Shown: positions 39,479 to 48,324 of the stretch, in pieces
Numbering within the stretch: the stretch's first letter is position 1
Layout: each line of letters starts with the position of its first letter
Source: Elusimicrobia bacterium RIFOXYD2_FULL_34_15
GTDB lineage: Bacteria; Elusimicrobiota; UBA8919
Reading direction: 5' to 3'
Length of the DNA stretch: 64,000 bases
NCBI GenBank assembly: GCA_001800605.1
Contig: MGVS01000118.1
Location: forward strand, 3,047-67,046
The notes under the pieces: model-generated
Database searches by the model: none
What the model was told of the DNA's origin: nothing
Seen by the model: only the letters and a program-made list of their open reading frames with translations
Translations under genes and position numbers: made by a program

Positions 39479-39528
39479 TATGACTGACTGGTCAGTCATA
39501 ATATACCATATTATAATATCCTTGTCAA
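39479..39528 (-). promoter_or_regulatory. Sigma-70 promoter with a palindromic operator for the TetR-efflux operon.
   Basis: Minus-strand read: TTGACA (39528-39523), 17-nt spacer, TATATT (39505-39500). This is directly followed by the perfect inverted repeat TATGACTGAC-CA-GTCAGTCATA (39500-39479). Confidence 0.6.
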
Positions 39529-39529
39529 T

Positions 39530-39588
39530 AGTTTTCTTACTTTATATTTTTTACAACTGCTTCGGACATCAGGTTAATCGGCGGTTTA
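39530..39588 (-). pseudogene. Duplicated copy (left part) of the 3' end of gene 40938-43085. It continues at 39802-39826 after two MITE insertions.
   Basis: 39553-39588 is identical to 40954-40989 (36/36). 39802-39826 matches 40990-41014 (24/25). Confidence 0.8.
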
Positions 39589-39708
39589 CCCCGTACGAGA
39601 TAGGAAGCATTTTCGAATGCTTCCGTAACTCTTAAATAAATCTTTATTATTTTATTACACTTAAATGTCAAATATGTATATAAGCTTACAAACCAATCTC
39701 TGACGGGG
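39589..39708. mobile_element. MITE-like element, copy a (120 nt).
   Basis: Ends CCCCGTACGAGA...TCTCTGACGGGG are imperfect 12-bp terminal inverted repeats. Internal perfect hairpin ggaagcatt-ttcg-aatgcttcc. Flanked by TTTA on both sides. Confidence 0.75.
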
Positions 39709-39712
39709 TTTA

Positions 39713-39797
39713 CCCCGTATGAAAATGAACTTACATAATACTAATTAAATACTGTTTGACTTTAAAAGGTACCTAATTACAACATTTTCTAGCGGGG
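39713..39797. mobile_element. MITE-like element, copy b (85 nt, lacks the internal hairpin), in tandem with copy a.
   Basis: Ends CCCCGTATGAAA...TTTCTAGCGGGG. Flanked by TTTA on both sides. Confidence 0.6.
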
Positions 39798-39878
39798 TTT
39801 ATGCGGAATGTTTGCTTCTTGTTCGTGAAATTATCGTTTACAATTTACAAAATCCTGCTCAATAAGATAAGTTATATT

Positions 39879-40304
39879 CTATTTTATCAGTCCTTTTGAC
39901 TTGTCAATAAATTCTTCAGCAATTTTTAATAATTTTTCGCACCCTTGTTTTGTCCATCTGCTGTAATAATCGGCTTCCTCTCTCAAAGTTTTAGCTTCCT
40001 GTAAACCTTCAAGGAGATGAAGCGGCAATTTATTTTTATTGACATATAATTCTCTTATAGCCGTAAGAAGACAAAAATGGCTATGCTCACGCAAATTCTC
40101 CTTATATAACAATGCTCTGGCGCTGTGAAACATAGCATAATATAGTTGTATTACCGCCCATTTATAGTCCCCTTCGCTATATGTTTTCCTTGCACGCTCA
40201 AAATCTAATATCGCCTCTTCCAGTTCCTTATTTGACAATTCTTTACCTCTTGAAAACGGTTTAATTTTTCCTCTTTTTAAACAATCATCATAATTTAAAC
40301 TCAT
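39879..40304 (-). CDS. HEPN-domain protein (putative toxin of a HEPN-MNT pair).
   Basis: The pattern ...YYAMFHSARALLYKENLREHSHFCLL...LREEADYYSRW is typical of PF05168-type HEPN. ATG 40304 overlaps the MNT stop (ATGA); the track start at 40319 is TTG. Confidence 0.7.
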   Translation of the reverse strand: MSLNYDDCLKRGKIKPFSRGKELSNKELEEAILDFERARKTYSEGDYKWAVIQLYYAMFHSARALLYKENLREHSHFCLLTAIRELYVNKNKLPLHLLEGLQEAKTLREEADYYSRWTKQGCEKLLKIAEEFIDKSKGLIK

Positions 40305-40849
40305 TCTTTTTGCTCCCAAATAATTATGCCTCTGTCAACTTCGCTATAAAATACTTTCTCGCTTTCTTTCATTTCATAAAACTGAATAGGAGTTTTAATA
40401 ATCGCCTGTATTTTTCTTTCAATTTTTAACATACTTATTTGCTTTTTTACTTCTTCCGGATTCCTAGTAATAATAAGCAAATCAAAATCGCTACCCCATG
40501 TGTCTTCGCCCCTGCCTGCACTTCCGTACAATATTATTTTCACTGCTATTAGTTTTAATTTAGTAATTATTTTTTTCAAAGCTAACATATTTCTTAATAC
40601 TTTAAACTGTTTTACTATAAAATTATTGTAATCGAGCTTATATAAGAAGAATTTACCACGTTGCTCTCTATTTATCATACCTTGTTTTTCTAATTCTTGC
40701 AAAGCAATATATACGCCTACTTTACTAAGAGTAGTAGCTTTTTGTATTTCACTGCTCAAGAGTTCTTTACCAGGATTCTCCACAAGAAAAGACAATACCT
40801 TTAGTATACTTGTGGACTGAAATATATCTGAATAATTACTTCGCTTCAT
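40301..40849 (-). CDS. Winged-helix plus minimal nucleotidyltransferase (MNT) protein (putative antitoxin).
   Basis: ILYGSAGRGEDTWGSDFDLLII fits GSxxRGxxxxxSDxDLL. The N-terminal ~70 aa resemble an ArsR/MarR-like wHTH. Confidence 0.8.
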   Translation of the reverse strand: MKRSNYSDIFQSTSILKVLSFLVENPGKELLSSEIQKATTLSKVGVYIALQELEKQGMINREQRGKFFLYKLDYNNFIVKQFKVLRNMLALKKIITKLKLIAVKIILYGSAGRGEDTWGSDFDLLIITRNPEEVKKQISMLKIERKIQAIIKTPIQFYEMKESEKVFYSEVDRGIIIWEQKE

Positions 40850-40869
40850 AACGCCACCTCATATATAAT

Positions 40870-40919
40870 AAATTAAACGTTTGTTTAATTTATTATACTC
40901 ATACCAATATTTATGTCAA
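40870..40919 (-). promoter_or_regulatory. Consensus sigma-70 promoter plus inverted-repeat operator of the MNT-HEPN cassette.
   Basis: Minus-strand read: TTGACA (40919-40914), 16-nt spacer, TATAAT (40897-40892). Then AAATTAAAC-AAAC-GTTTAATTT (40891-40870), then GAGGTGG and ATG 40849. Confidence 0.65.
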
Positions 40920-40937
40920 GAAAAAAGTGTTCTTCTA

Positions 40938-43085
40938 TTACTTAATATTTTTGACAACTGCTTCGGACATCAGGTTAATCGGCGGTTTATGCGGAATGTT
41001 TGCTTCCTGTTCGGATAGTATTTCATATACAGCTACACGGTTTACAAAATTACCATTTTGTGCTTCATCTTTATAAAATATTTCCTTTACGTATTTTTTC
41101 CAAAAATCATTATATACAGAAAGGGATTGATCATCCCACTGAAACATTTTGTAGCTTTTTCCCAGGCGAATCGCCTCTCCGACGTTAAAGAAAATATGTG
41201 TTATCCCCTGTTCTTTCATTTTGTTATACAGCTCATCCCCGCTTTTAGATAACTTCGCATATTCTACTATCGGGGTTAAATCGTGAGCCGAGGAAACAAC
41301 CGGAATCCTTTCAACATAAAAACTTCTGCCCTCACCAACAAACAAAACCTTTGCATCCTTAGGTAAATTTTTATTTATAAATTCCATTCCGGCATAATAA
41401 CCATACGGATAAGATGAGTGTGTGGTACTTAAAAAATTGGATTTTGTATCCTTACCGAAAACAACTCTCCACCCGCCTTGAATATAAGATATCCAGCCGG
41501 ACCAATATATACCGGTAACACAAGTAATCAAAATTACCCATGCTAAAACTTTTTTTACTGATTTATAGTTACCGGTATTATTATAATTAGAAATAATCAG
41601 CCCAATAACAGGGAATGCCGGCATCATAAATCTAATCATTGTAGTTGAAAATGACCAAGTCAGCCATACAATAATACTATAAACAATCCCGTAACCTAAA
41701 ATAAGCGGAGGTTTTCCAAAAAGAAACAATAACGGTATTAAAAATAGAAAAAGCGGCGTAAAATTTTCCGAATTAGAAATTTTACCCATAGTTATATCCC
41801 AAGGATGTTTAAGCCAATTTCCCAGTTCAAATTTACTTGATTGTCTTGCCTCTGCAATAAAACCATTAAGTTTTGTATAGTCCGAGTACGGATCTTTCGG
41901 GAAAATATTACTTAAATAAGGATAGACAGGATTTTTTTTGTAAACGTAATTTTTAATTAGCCACGGGCTGACTATTAGCGATGAAATAAATATAAAAATT
42001 ACTACTTTTTTTATAATTTCCAGCGAGAATTTCCTATTAACAGTTAAATAAGCAAAAATTACGCCGATTGCTGCAAAAATACCCGTATATTTAACGCCCA
42101 TGGTTAATCCCGCAAATATGCTTGATATAATTAACCAATTTTTCTGTTCTAAATTATAATTCATAATAGCATATAACGAAAGAATTGAAAAATACACTAA
42201 AATAGTTTCTGTTCCGCATGACCAGGAACTAAGCATTACATGTGTAATTGCATAAAATATTAAAGATGCCCATATCCCGATTTTTAAATTAAAATATCTT
42301 TTCGAAATAGATAACAATGTTATACAACAAAACAATGCCGCTGAATAATTTATTAATTTTGATATAATTTCATCTTTTATCAGAAGCCCTGTAGTAAAAA
42401 GCATGCTCGCTACCGCAGGAAGGTTTGAGAGGAAAACATAAGGCATGTTGACTACCTTGTGGTTTAATTTATAGTAATTCGGAACCGCTAAATGATAAAC
42501 AAGTGAATCATAAAATATTTCCGGGCTTAAAGCGCCTGCTAAATTTAATAGCAATGCAAATACTAAAATAATTAAAGCACATATATCTGCAAAAGGCAAT
42601 TTTTCTTTTTCAAATATTGCTTTCATCGGTTTTTTCTTTAAATCTACAAAACCGATAATTGCAACTAAAAATATCATTATTCGTATTAATGAACTATAAA
42701 GCAACCCAAGTATACCTATAAAAAAAACTAAATATGCTATAATCCCGAACCCAAAACCAACCGAAAATACTAATTCTTCCAAAGAATTGAAAAAATTTAT
42801 CTTAAATATTCTAAAAAATAATCTTCCAAAACTGAATGCAGAAAATAAAAATATCAAAGCAAGTAAAATATTGAATAAATGTTTAAATAATAACAGATTT
42901 CCCAAATTTAATATGCCTAGATATTGGTCAATGGACAACATCATCCCTAGATTGTCAGAATTTATTTTAAAAGTACCGTAATAATTTTTTAATACAATTA
43001 ATCCCCATACACCGGTTATAATCCATACAATCCATCCCGGAATAATCTTTTTCTGTTCAACTTTCTTTATTTTGTTTTTTTGCAT
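40938..43085 (-). CDS. Polytopic membrane protein, GT-C-like (ArnT/PMT-type) putative glycosyltransferase with a C-terminal soluble domain.
   Basis: 715 aa with more than 12 predicted TM helices, a first-loop motif EIFYDSLVYHLAVPNYY, and a ~170-aa C-terminal non-membrane domain. The family call comes from architecture and context only. Confidence 0.5.
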   Translation of the reverse strand: MQKNKIKKVEQKKIIPGWIVWIITGVWGLIVLKNYYGTFKINSDNLGMMLSIDQYLGILNLGNLLLFKHLFNILLALIFLFSAFSFGRLFFRIFKINFFNSLEELVFSVGFGFGIIAYLVFFIGILGLLYSSLIRIMIFLVAIIGFVDLKKKPMKAIFEKEKLPFADICALIILVFALLLNLAGALSPEIFYDSLVYHLAVPNYYKLNHKVVNMPYVFLSNLPAVASMLFTTGLLIKDEIISKLINYSAALFCCITLLSISKRYFNLKIGIWASLIFYAITHVMLSSWSCGTETILVYFSILSLYAIMNYNLEQKNWLIISSIFAGLTMGVKYTGIFAAIGVIFAYLTVNRKFSLEIIKKVVIFIFISSLIVSPWLIKNYVYKKNPVYPYLSNIFPKDPYSDYTKLNGFIAEARQSSKFELGNWLKHPWDITMGKISNSENFTPLFLFLIPLLFLFGKPPLILGYGIVYSIIVWLTWSFSTTMIRFMMPAFPVIGLIISNYNNTGNYKSVKKVLAWVILITCVTGIYWSGWISYIQGGWRVVFGKDTKSNFLSTTHSSYPYGYYAGMEFINKNLPKDAKVLFVGEGRSFYVERIPVVSSAHDLTPIVEYAKLSKSGDELYNKMKEQGITHIFFNVGEAIRLGKSYKMFQWDDQSLSVYNDFWKKYVKEIFYKDEAQNGNFVNRVAVYEILSEQEANIPHKPPINLMSEAVVKNIK

Positions 43086-43765
43086 ATATTTATTATAGAT
43101 AAACCAAATGGAATTCTAACTATTGTATCAATGAAAATAAATAACGGTGTTAAAAAATTGAAAGTTATTAAAAGGTCTTTATTCAATTCCTTTCTTTTAA
43201 GGATTTTTCCCGTAACAAACCAGCCCATAGCACCGATAATATTTATATTGAATTGTTTTTCAATACTAAAACCTGCCTGCAACAATTTATCTTTAATATC
43301 TTTTTTCGAATATCTTCTATGATGACCAAGATTTTTATCTAAATCGCTAAATAAAGCATTACCAAATGGGACTAAAAGCACTAAATGGCCGTCTTTTTTT
43401 AAAAGCTTGTTCATATTTTTCAATGCATTAACATCATCCAAAATATGTTCCAAAACATTTGAACAAACAATTGTATCAAAACTATCTTCTTTGAGAGAAC
43501 CGTCAAGCTCCTTTTCGATATCTAAAATCTGTGCCCGGAATTTTTTTGAATAACCGAATCTTTCTTTTACTATGTTTACATATTCTGAAGATATATCAAC
43601 GGCGGTAACATCACATTTATCAACACAGTATTGGGTTATACTTCCGATACCGCATCCAATTTCGAGTATACTACCGCTTAAATATTTAATAAATTTATTG
43701 ATAATCCACTTGTTATAATTATTCATCCTGTCCATTAACTGCAGTGTAAAATGCCCTATATCCAT
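43067..43765 (-). CDS. Class I SAM-dependent methyltransferase.
   Basis: SAM motif ILEIGCGIGS, plus DTIVCSNVLEHI. Start moved from TTG 43780 to ATG 43765. Confidence 0.8.
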   Translation of the reverse strand: MDIGHFTLQLMDRMNNYNKWIINKFIKYLSGSILEIGCGIGSITQYCVDKCDVTAVDISSEYVNIVKERFGYSKKFRAQILDIEKELDGSLKEDSFDTIVCSNVLEHILDDVNALKNMNKLLKKDGHLVLLVPFGNALFSDLDKNLGHHRRYSKKDIKDKLLQAGFSIEKQFNINIIGAMGWFVTGKILKRKELNKDLLITFNFLTPLFIFIDTIVRIPFGLSIINICKKTK

Positions 43766-43766
43766 A

Positions 43767-45143
43767 TTAATTCCTTGCAATACCTAATAATGTTGAGACG
43801 CCGTCTATAACATCAGATAAATTTCTTATTTTTAACACCCTGTTTAATAAATATCCGGGACGCATATAAAAATCCTTGTACGCTTTATCATAATACTTTT
43901 TTACGTTTTCAGGACTCACTGTAGGCAAATTCATTATTGGTTTTGACAAATCATATTCATCCCAATTTTCCGTTATAATAATATTTTTTTCTTTTGCCCA
44001 TTTGAACATTTCGGTGCCCGGGTACGGTGTAGTAATATTGAAAATAGCAACATCGGGATTAAGCTTTATTGCATAATCGATTGTTCTTTGCATTGTTTCT
44101 GTTGTTTCCCCGGGATTTCCAAACATAAATGCCGCCCTTACTTCTATTCCCGTATTTTTAGTTATATTTACTATTTTTTCCACTTTTTCAAAAGAAATCT
44201 TCTTATTAATATTTTTCAATATTCCTTCATCGCCGGATTCTATACCGTACATTATTTGATGGCATCCTGCAGATTTCATTATTTTTAGCAATTCTTCATC
44301 AACAAAATCCACTCTTGCAAAACATGACCAGCTGATATCAAATTTTTCGCTTATAATTTTTTCACACAATTTTTTAACATTGTCTTTTTTTGTTGTAAAA
44401 GTATCATCGTAAAAACTTACTTCCTTAATTCCGTATTTATTCTTTAGTAATAAAATTTCCTCAAATATTTTTTCAGCTGAACGAACTCTTATTTTTTCAC
44501 CAAGATAATTGCCTAAACAAAATGTGCATCTACCGGGGCATCCCCGGCCTGTCATCATTCCCATTGCAGGAAGCTTTTTATAACTGCCTTTTGCCGGAAA
44601 ATACTTATTCATTGGCAAAAGGTGATACGCCGGCATCGGAAGAGTATCTAAATTTTGTATAACCGGACGTTCCTGATTATGAATTATTCTTCCGTCTTTT
44701 TTATAAGAAAGCCCTGATATTTTTTCGATTTCAATCCCTGAAATCAATTCTTTTATAGTTTTTTCGCCTTCGCAACGAACAACAAAATCAACAGATTCTT
44801 CTTTTAACACTTCATCTGCCATGACTGACGGATGAACGCCGCCTAAAACGACTTTCGTACCGGGTAAAACGGTTTTAGATATTTTTGCTATATTTAATGC
44901 TGAAGAAATTATTGGGGTAGATGCAGTTATACCGACAAAACTGGGATTTTTCTGGACTAATATACTCTTAATTTCATCATAATCAAGCTTCAGAGCATCC
45001 GCATCTAATATTTCAACATTTATTTGGTAACTTTCAAGATATGAGGCAATTCCAGCCAACCCGAACGGAGGCATGCAGCTTGCAATATTTTCCCATATGC
45101 CGCCTTTTGTCATCCATGGCGGATTTATCAATATGATCTTCAT
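43767..45143 (-). CDS. B12-binding-domain radical SAM protein.
   Basis: N-terminal cobalamin-binding-like Rossmann region (ILINPPW...FGLAGIASYLE). Cluster motif GRGCPGRCTFC. Confidence 0.85.
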   Translation of the reverse strand: MKIILINPPWMTKGGIWENIASCMPPFGLAGIASYLESYQINVEILDADALKLDYDEIKSILVQKNPSFVGITASTPIISSALNIAKISKTVLPGTKVVLGGVHPSVMADEVLKEESVDFVVRCEGEKTIKELISGIEIEKISGLSYKKDGRIIHNQERPVIQNLDTLPMPAYHLLPMNKYFPAKGSYKKLPAMGMMTGRGCPGRCTFCLGNYLGEKIRVRSAEKIFEEILLLKNKYGIKEVSFYDDTFTTKKDNVKKLCEKIISEKFDISWSCFARVDFVDEELLKIMKSAGCHQIMYGIESGDEGILKNINKKISFEKVEKIVNITKNTGIEVRAAFMFGNPGETTETMQRTIDYAIKLNPDVAIFNITTPYPGTEMFKWAKEKNIIITENWDEYDLSKPIMNLPTVSPENVKKYYDKAYKDFYMRPGYLLNRVLKIRNLSDVIDGVSTLLGIARN

Positions 45144-45172
45144 ATTTTTTTATTATAAAACTAATTGGAATT

Positions 45173-45291
45173 GTACTCAGTATAGAGAATATCCTCCACT
45201 GAAACGTCGGCGGACAAGCAGGATTCAGCTGTATTTTTAAATATAAATTATTTAAAACTGTATTCTGTGTACTGTATCCTGTTTACTGCCT
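45173..45291. repeat. ~150-nt composite long-hairpin element, copy 3, with its internal site filled.
   Basis: Contains atcctccactgaaacgtcggcggacaagcaggatt (45191-45225), the reverse complement of the insert in copy 2. The element ends at the stop codon of the GT2 gene. Confidence 0.8.
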
Positions 45292-45975
45292 TTATGAGAT
45301 TCTGCACTTAAGCAGCGTCCATAACGCTGTTATACCGTCTTTCCATCCGATTTTTTTACCTTCATTGTAGCTTCTGCTTTTATATGAAATCGGCAGTTCA
45401 AGTATTTTAATTTTTCTTTTAAGAATTTTTGCCGTTACTTCCGGCTCAAATTCAAATCTTTTCGCTTTTAAATTCAATGATAATATAACATCTTTTTTAA
45501 AAACTTTATAACAAGTTTCCATATCGGTTATCTTTGAATTATAAATTATATTAGTTAAAAAGTTTAATAATTTATTTCCCATATAATGTAACATATATTT
45601 TTTTTCTTTCAATTCCAGGAACCTAGAACCATAAACAACCGATGCTTCATTATTATTTATCGGTTCAACAAGGTTTGCAATCTCGTCCGGATTATATTCC
45701 AAATCCGCATCCTGAATAGTTACGATATCTCCCGACATATATTTTAGTCCGGTTCTTATAGCCGCACCTTTACCTTGATTTTTATCATGAAAAATAATTT
45801 TTATTTTATCGCTTTTGATTTTTTCAAGCACATCCCTTGTCCCATCACTTGAGCCATCATCAACTAAAATAATTTCGTGCGGGGAAAGTGAAATTATTTT
45901 ATCTATAACCTTTTTTATAGTATTTTTTTCGTTGAAAACCGGCATGATTATGGAAACATTATCTAGTTTAGACAT
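45292..45975 (-). CDS. GT2-family glycosyltransferase (polyprenyl-phosphate sugar synthase-like, DPM1/ArnC type).
   Basis: Motifs IIMPVFNE, VDDGSSDGT and QDADLEY. Confidence 0.85.
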   Translation of the reverse strand: MSKLDNVSIIMPVFNEKNTIKKVIDKIISLSPHEIILVDDGSSDGTRDVLEKIKSDKIKIIFHDKNQGKGAAIRTGLKYMSGDIVTIQDADLEYNPDEIANLVEPINNNEASVVYGSRFLELKEKKYMLHYMGNKLLNFLTNIIYNSKITDMETCYKVFKKDVILSLNLKAKRFEFEPEVTAKILKRKIKILELPISYKSRSYNEGKKIGWKDGITALWTLLKCRIS

Positions 45976-46093
45976 TTAAAATAGACCTCTTTATAGCATT
46001 TTTAGCTGTATACTGCCTGCCCGCCTACAGTTTCTTGTCCGCCAAAGTTTCAGTGGCGGAAGTGGCGGGTATTCTGTATCCTGTGTACTGACT

Positions 46094-47233
46094 TTAGAGA
46101 AATTCCCTAAAAACATGATTTGCATACATAATACCTTTATTGCTAAGTTTTAATATATTATCCTGCTCAATTAATAAATCTAATTTTTTCAAATTACTTA
46201 TATTTTGAGAATATTTTTTTCTCACAACCTCAGATATTTCGAATCCCTTTGTTAACCGCAAACCTAACATTAAATCTTCAGATATTTTTTTGTCTTCATC
46301 AAGTTGTTCAAACTCAAGATGAAATTTTTCGCCCAAATATTCTTTTATATTTTCAGTATTTTTTATTCTTTTGCCTTTAATATATGAAGTTGCTCCTAAA
46401 CCAAAACCAAAATACTGCCGGTTTTCCCAATAATTTATATTATGCAGGCATTCAAAACCATTTTTAGAAAAATTTGATATCTCATAATGATGATAACCAT
46501 TTTCTTTCAAAAAATCAATTGCAAATTTATACATATCTGCTGATAAATCATCATTTACTGATATTCCATCACTGTGAAATTTAGTTCCGTTTTCAATAGT
46601 TAATCCATAAACGGAAATATGTTCGGGATTCAAATTTAGAGTTTTAGTCAATGTTTCTTTCCAATCGTCTAACGTCTGCTCGGGAATGCCAAAAATCAAA
46701 TCAATATTTATATTATCAAATCCTAAATTTCTTGCTAAATCATACGATTTAGAAAAATCGTTTACAGTATGGATTCTACCAAGATATCTTAATATACTAT
46801 CATCAAACGATTGCAGCCCAAAACTCAAACGATTAACCCCATATATTTTTAATATCTTCAATTTACTTAATGTTATTGATTCCGGGTTCATCTCAAACGT
46901 AATTTCAATATTTCCGCCGCAATTTTGTTTACTGAAATGTTTATATAAATTTTCAAATAAAAATACAATTTGCTTTTCTGATAAAACTGATGGCGTACCA
47001 CCGCCGATATAAATAGTTTTTGGAAAATAGCTGTTAACTGCAGATAAGGAAGCAGATATTTCCTTAGATAAAACTTGTAAATAATTTTCTATAAAATTAG
47101 AATTGTCATCTGCAACACTTGTAAAATCACAATAATTACACCTTTTTTTACAAAAAGGTATGTGAATATAAATTCCAAAGGGGAGATATTCATCTCCCCT
47201 TTTATCTTCAAAATTTATAATTTCTTCAGTCAT
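46094..47233 (-). CDS. hemW: Radical SAM heme chaperone HemW (HemN-like).
   Basis: YIHIPFCKKRCNYCDF, with a C-terminal HemN_C-like region. Confidence 0.85.
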   Translation of the reverse strand: MTEEIINFEDKRGDEYLPFGIYIHIPFCKKRCNYCDFTSVADDNSNFIENYLQVLSKEISASLSAVNSYFPKTIYIGGGTPSVLSEKQIVFLFENLYKHFSKQNCGGNIEITFEMNPESITLSKLKILKIYGVNRLSFGLQSFDDSILRYLGRIHTVNDFSKSYDLARNLGFDNINIDLIFGIPEQTLDDWKETLTKTLNLNPEHISVYGLTIENGTKFHSDGISVNDDLSADMYKFAIDFLKENGYHHYEISNFSKNGFECLHNINYWENRQYFGFGLGATSYIKGKRIKNTENIKEYLGEKFHLEFEQLDEDKKISEDLMLGLRLTKGFEISEVVRKKYSQNISNLKKLDLLIEQDNILKLSNKGIMYANHVFREFL

Positions 47234-47242
47234 TAATTTTTA

Positions 47243-47361
47243 TCCCGTTAGAGATAGGAAGCATTTCTTAATGCTTCCGTGTATTGCTAATAATATATTT
47301 TCGTATATTTTATCATTCTTTTAAATAACATGTATGGTAAATAAAATTATCTCTAATGGGA
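47243..47361. mobile_element. MITE-like element, copy c (119 nt). It fills the whole stomatin-hemW spacer.
   Basis: Ends TCCCGTTAGAGA...TCTCTAATGGGA. Hairpin ggaagcatt-tctt-aatgcttcc. Preceded by TTTA. Confidence 0.75.
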
Positions 47362-48252
47362 CTATTTCTTTTCTTCTTTTTTATCTTTAAAAAGTTCGGA
47401 AATACCTGCTATAGAACCCAGCACTCCGGATGTTTCCATAGGCAAAAATATCTTAGTCGCCTGACCATCGGCAATTTTTTCAAGTGTTTCAAGATATTTT
47501 ATAGCAATTAAATCGGTAGTCGGTTTTCCGGAATGAATTGCATTATATACAATTTCAATCTGGTATTTTTCTGCATCCGCAACTCTTTTAATCGCTTCGG
47601 CTTTTCCTTCTGCTGATAAAATTGCGGATTGTTTTTCACCTTCTGCACGGTTTATAGCAGCTTGTCTTACACCCTCAGCTTCAAGTATAACCGCTCTTTT
47701 TTCACGTTCCGCTTTCATCTGTTTACTCATAGCGGCCGTAATATCAATTGGGGGATCAATTTTTTGTATTTCCACGCGGGTAACTTTTACACCCCAGGTA
47801 TCAGTTGCTTCGTCAAGAACCTGCCTTAATGTTAAATTAATTTTTTCGCGCGAGGTTAAAGTTTCATCTAAAAGCATATTGCCTATAACGTTTCTTAAAT
47901 TGGTCTGGGCAAGCTTAGTTGCGGCAAGAATAAAGTTTGCAACATTATATACAACCTTAAAAGGATCTGTGATTTTAAAATATATAACTACGTCGACAGT
48001 AACAGATACATTGTCTTTTGTTATAACATCCTGCGGAGGAACATCTAAAACCTGTTCACGCATATCTACTTTTCTGATTGTTTCAAAGAATGGAATAATA
48101 AATGCTAAACCGGAATCTACAGTTCTATTGAACTTACCCAGGAATTCAACAAGTCCTTTCTCAAACGGCCTTATTATTCTAAGTGCTGTCTTTGCAAAAA
48201 TGAACAACAAAACTACTATTACAATTATCAATGGCACAGGAATCTGTTGCAT
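47362..48252 (-). CDS. SPFH/band-7 (stomatin-like) protein.
   Basis: N-terminal TM helix plus a PHB domain ([17 protein letters not shown]...[13 protein letters not shown]) and an Ala/Glu-rich coiled coil. Confidence 0.9.
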   Translation of the reverse strand: MQQIPVPLIIVIVVLLFIFAKTALRIIRPFEKGLVEFLGKFNRTVDSGLAFIIPFFETIRKVDMREQVLDVPPQDVITKDNVSVTVDVVIYFKITDPFKVVYNVANFILAATKLAQTNLRNVIGNMLLDETLTSREKINLTLRQVLDEATDTWGVKVTRVEIQKIDPPIDITAAMSKQMKAEREKRAVILEAEGVRQAAINRAEGEKQSAILSAEGKAEAIKRVADAEKYQIEIVYNAIHSGKPTTDLIAIKYLETLEKIADGQATKIFLPMETSGVLGSIAGISELFKDKKEEKK

Positions 48253-48324
48253 AAGTACCTCCAGAATCTGGTTATAGAGTTTTAGGGTTTTAGCGTTAAC
48301 TGCTTACCTATTACCCGTTACCCG

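Noticed and set aside
39342-39635. 97-aa plus-strand ORF upstream of the TetR gene.
   Set aside because: It spans the TetR promoter/operator, the duplicated gene tail and the MITE end, and it is antisense to the TetR start.
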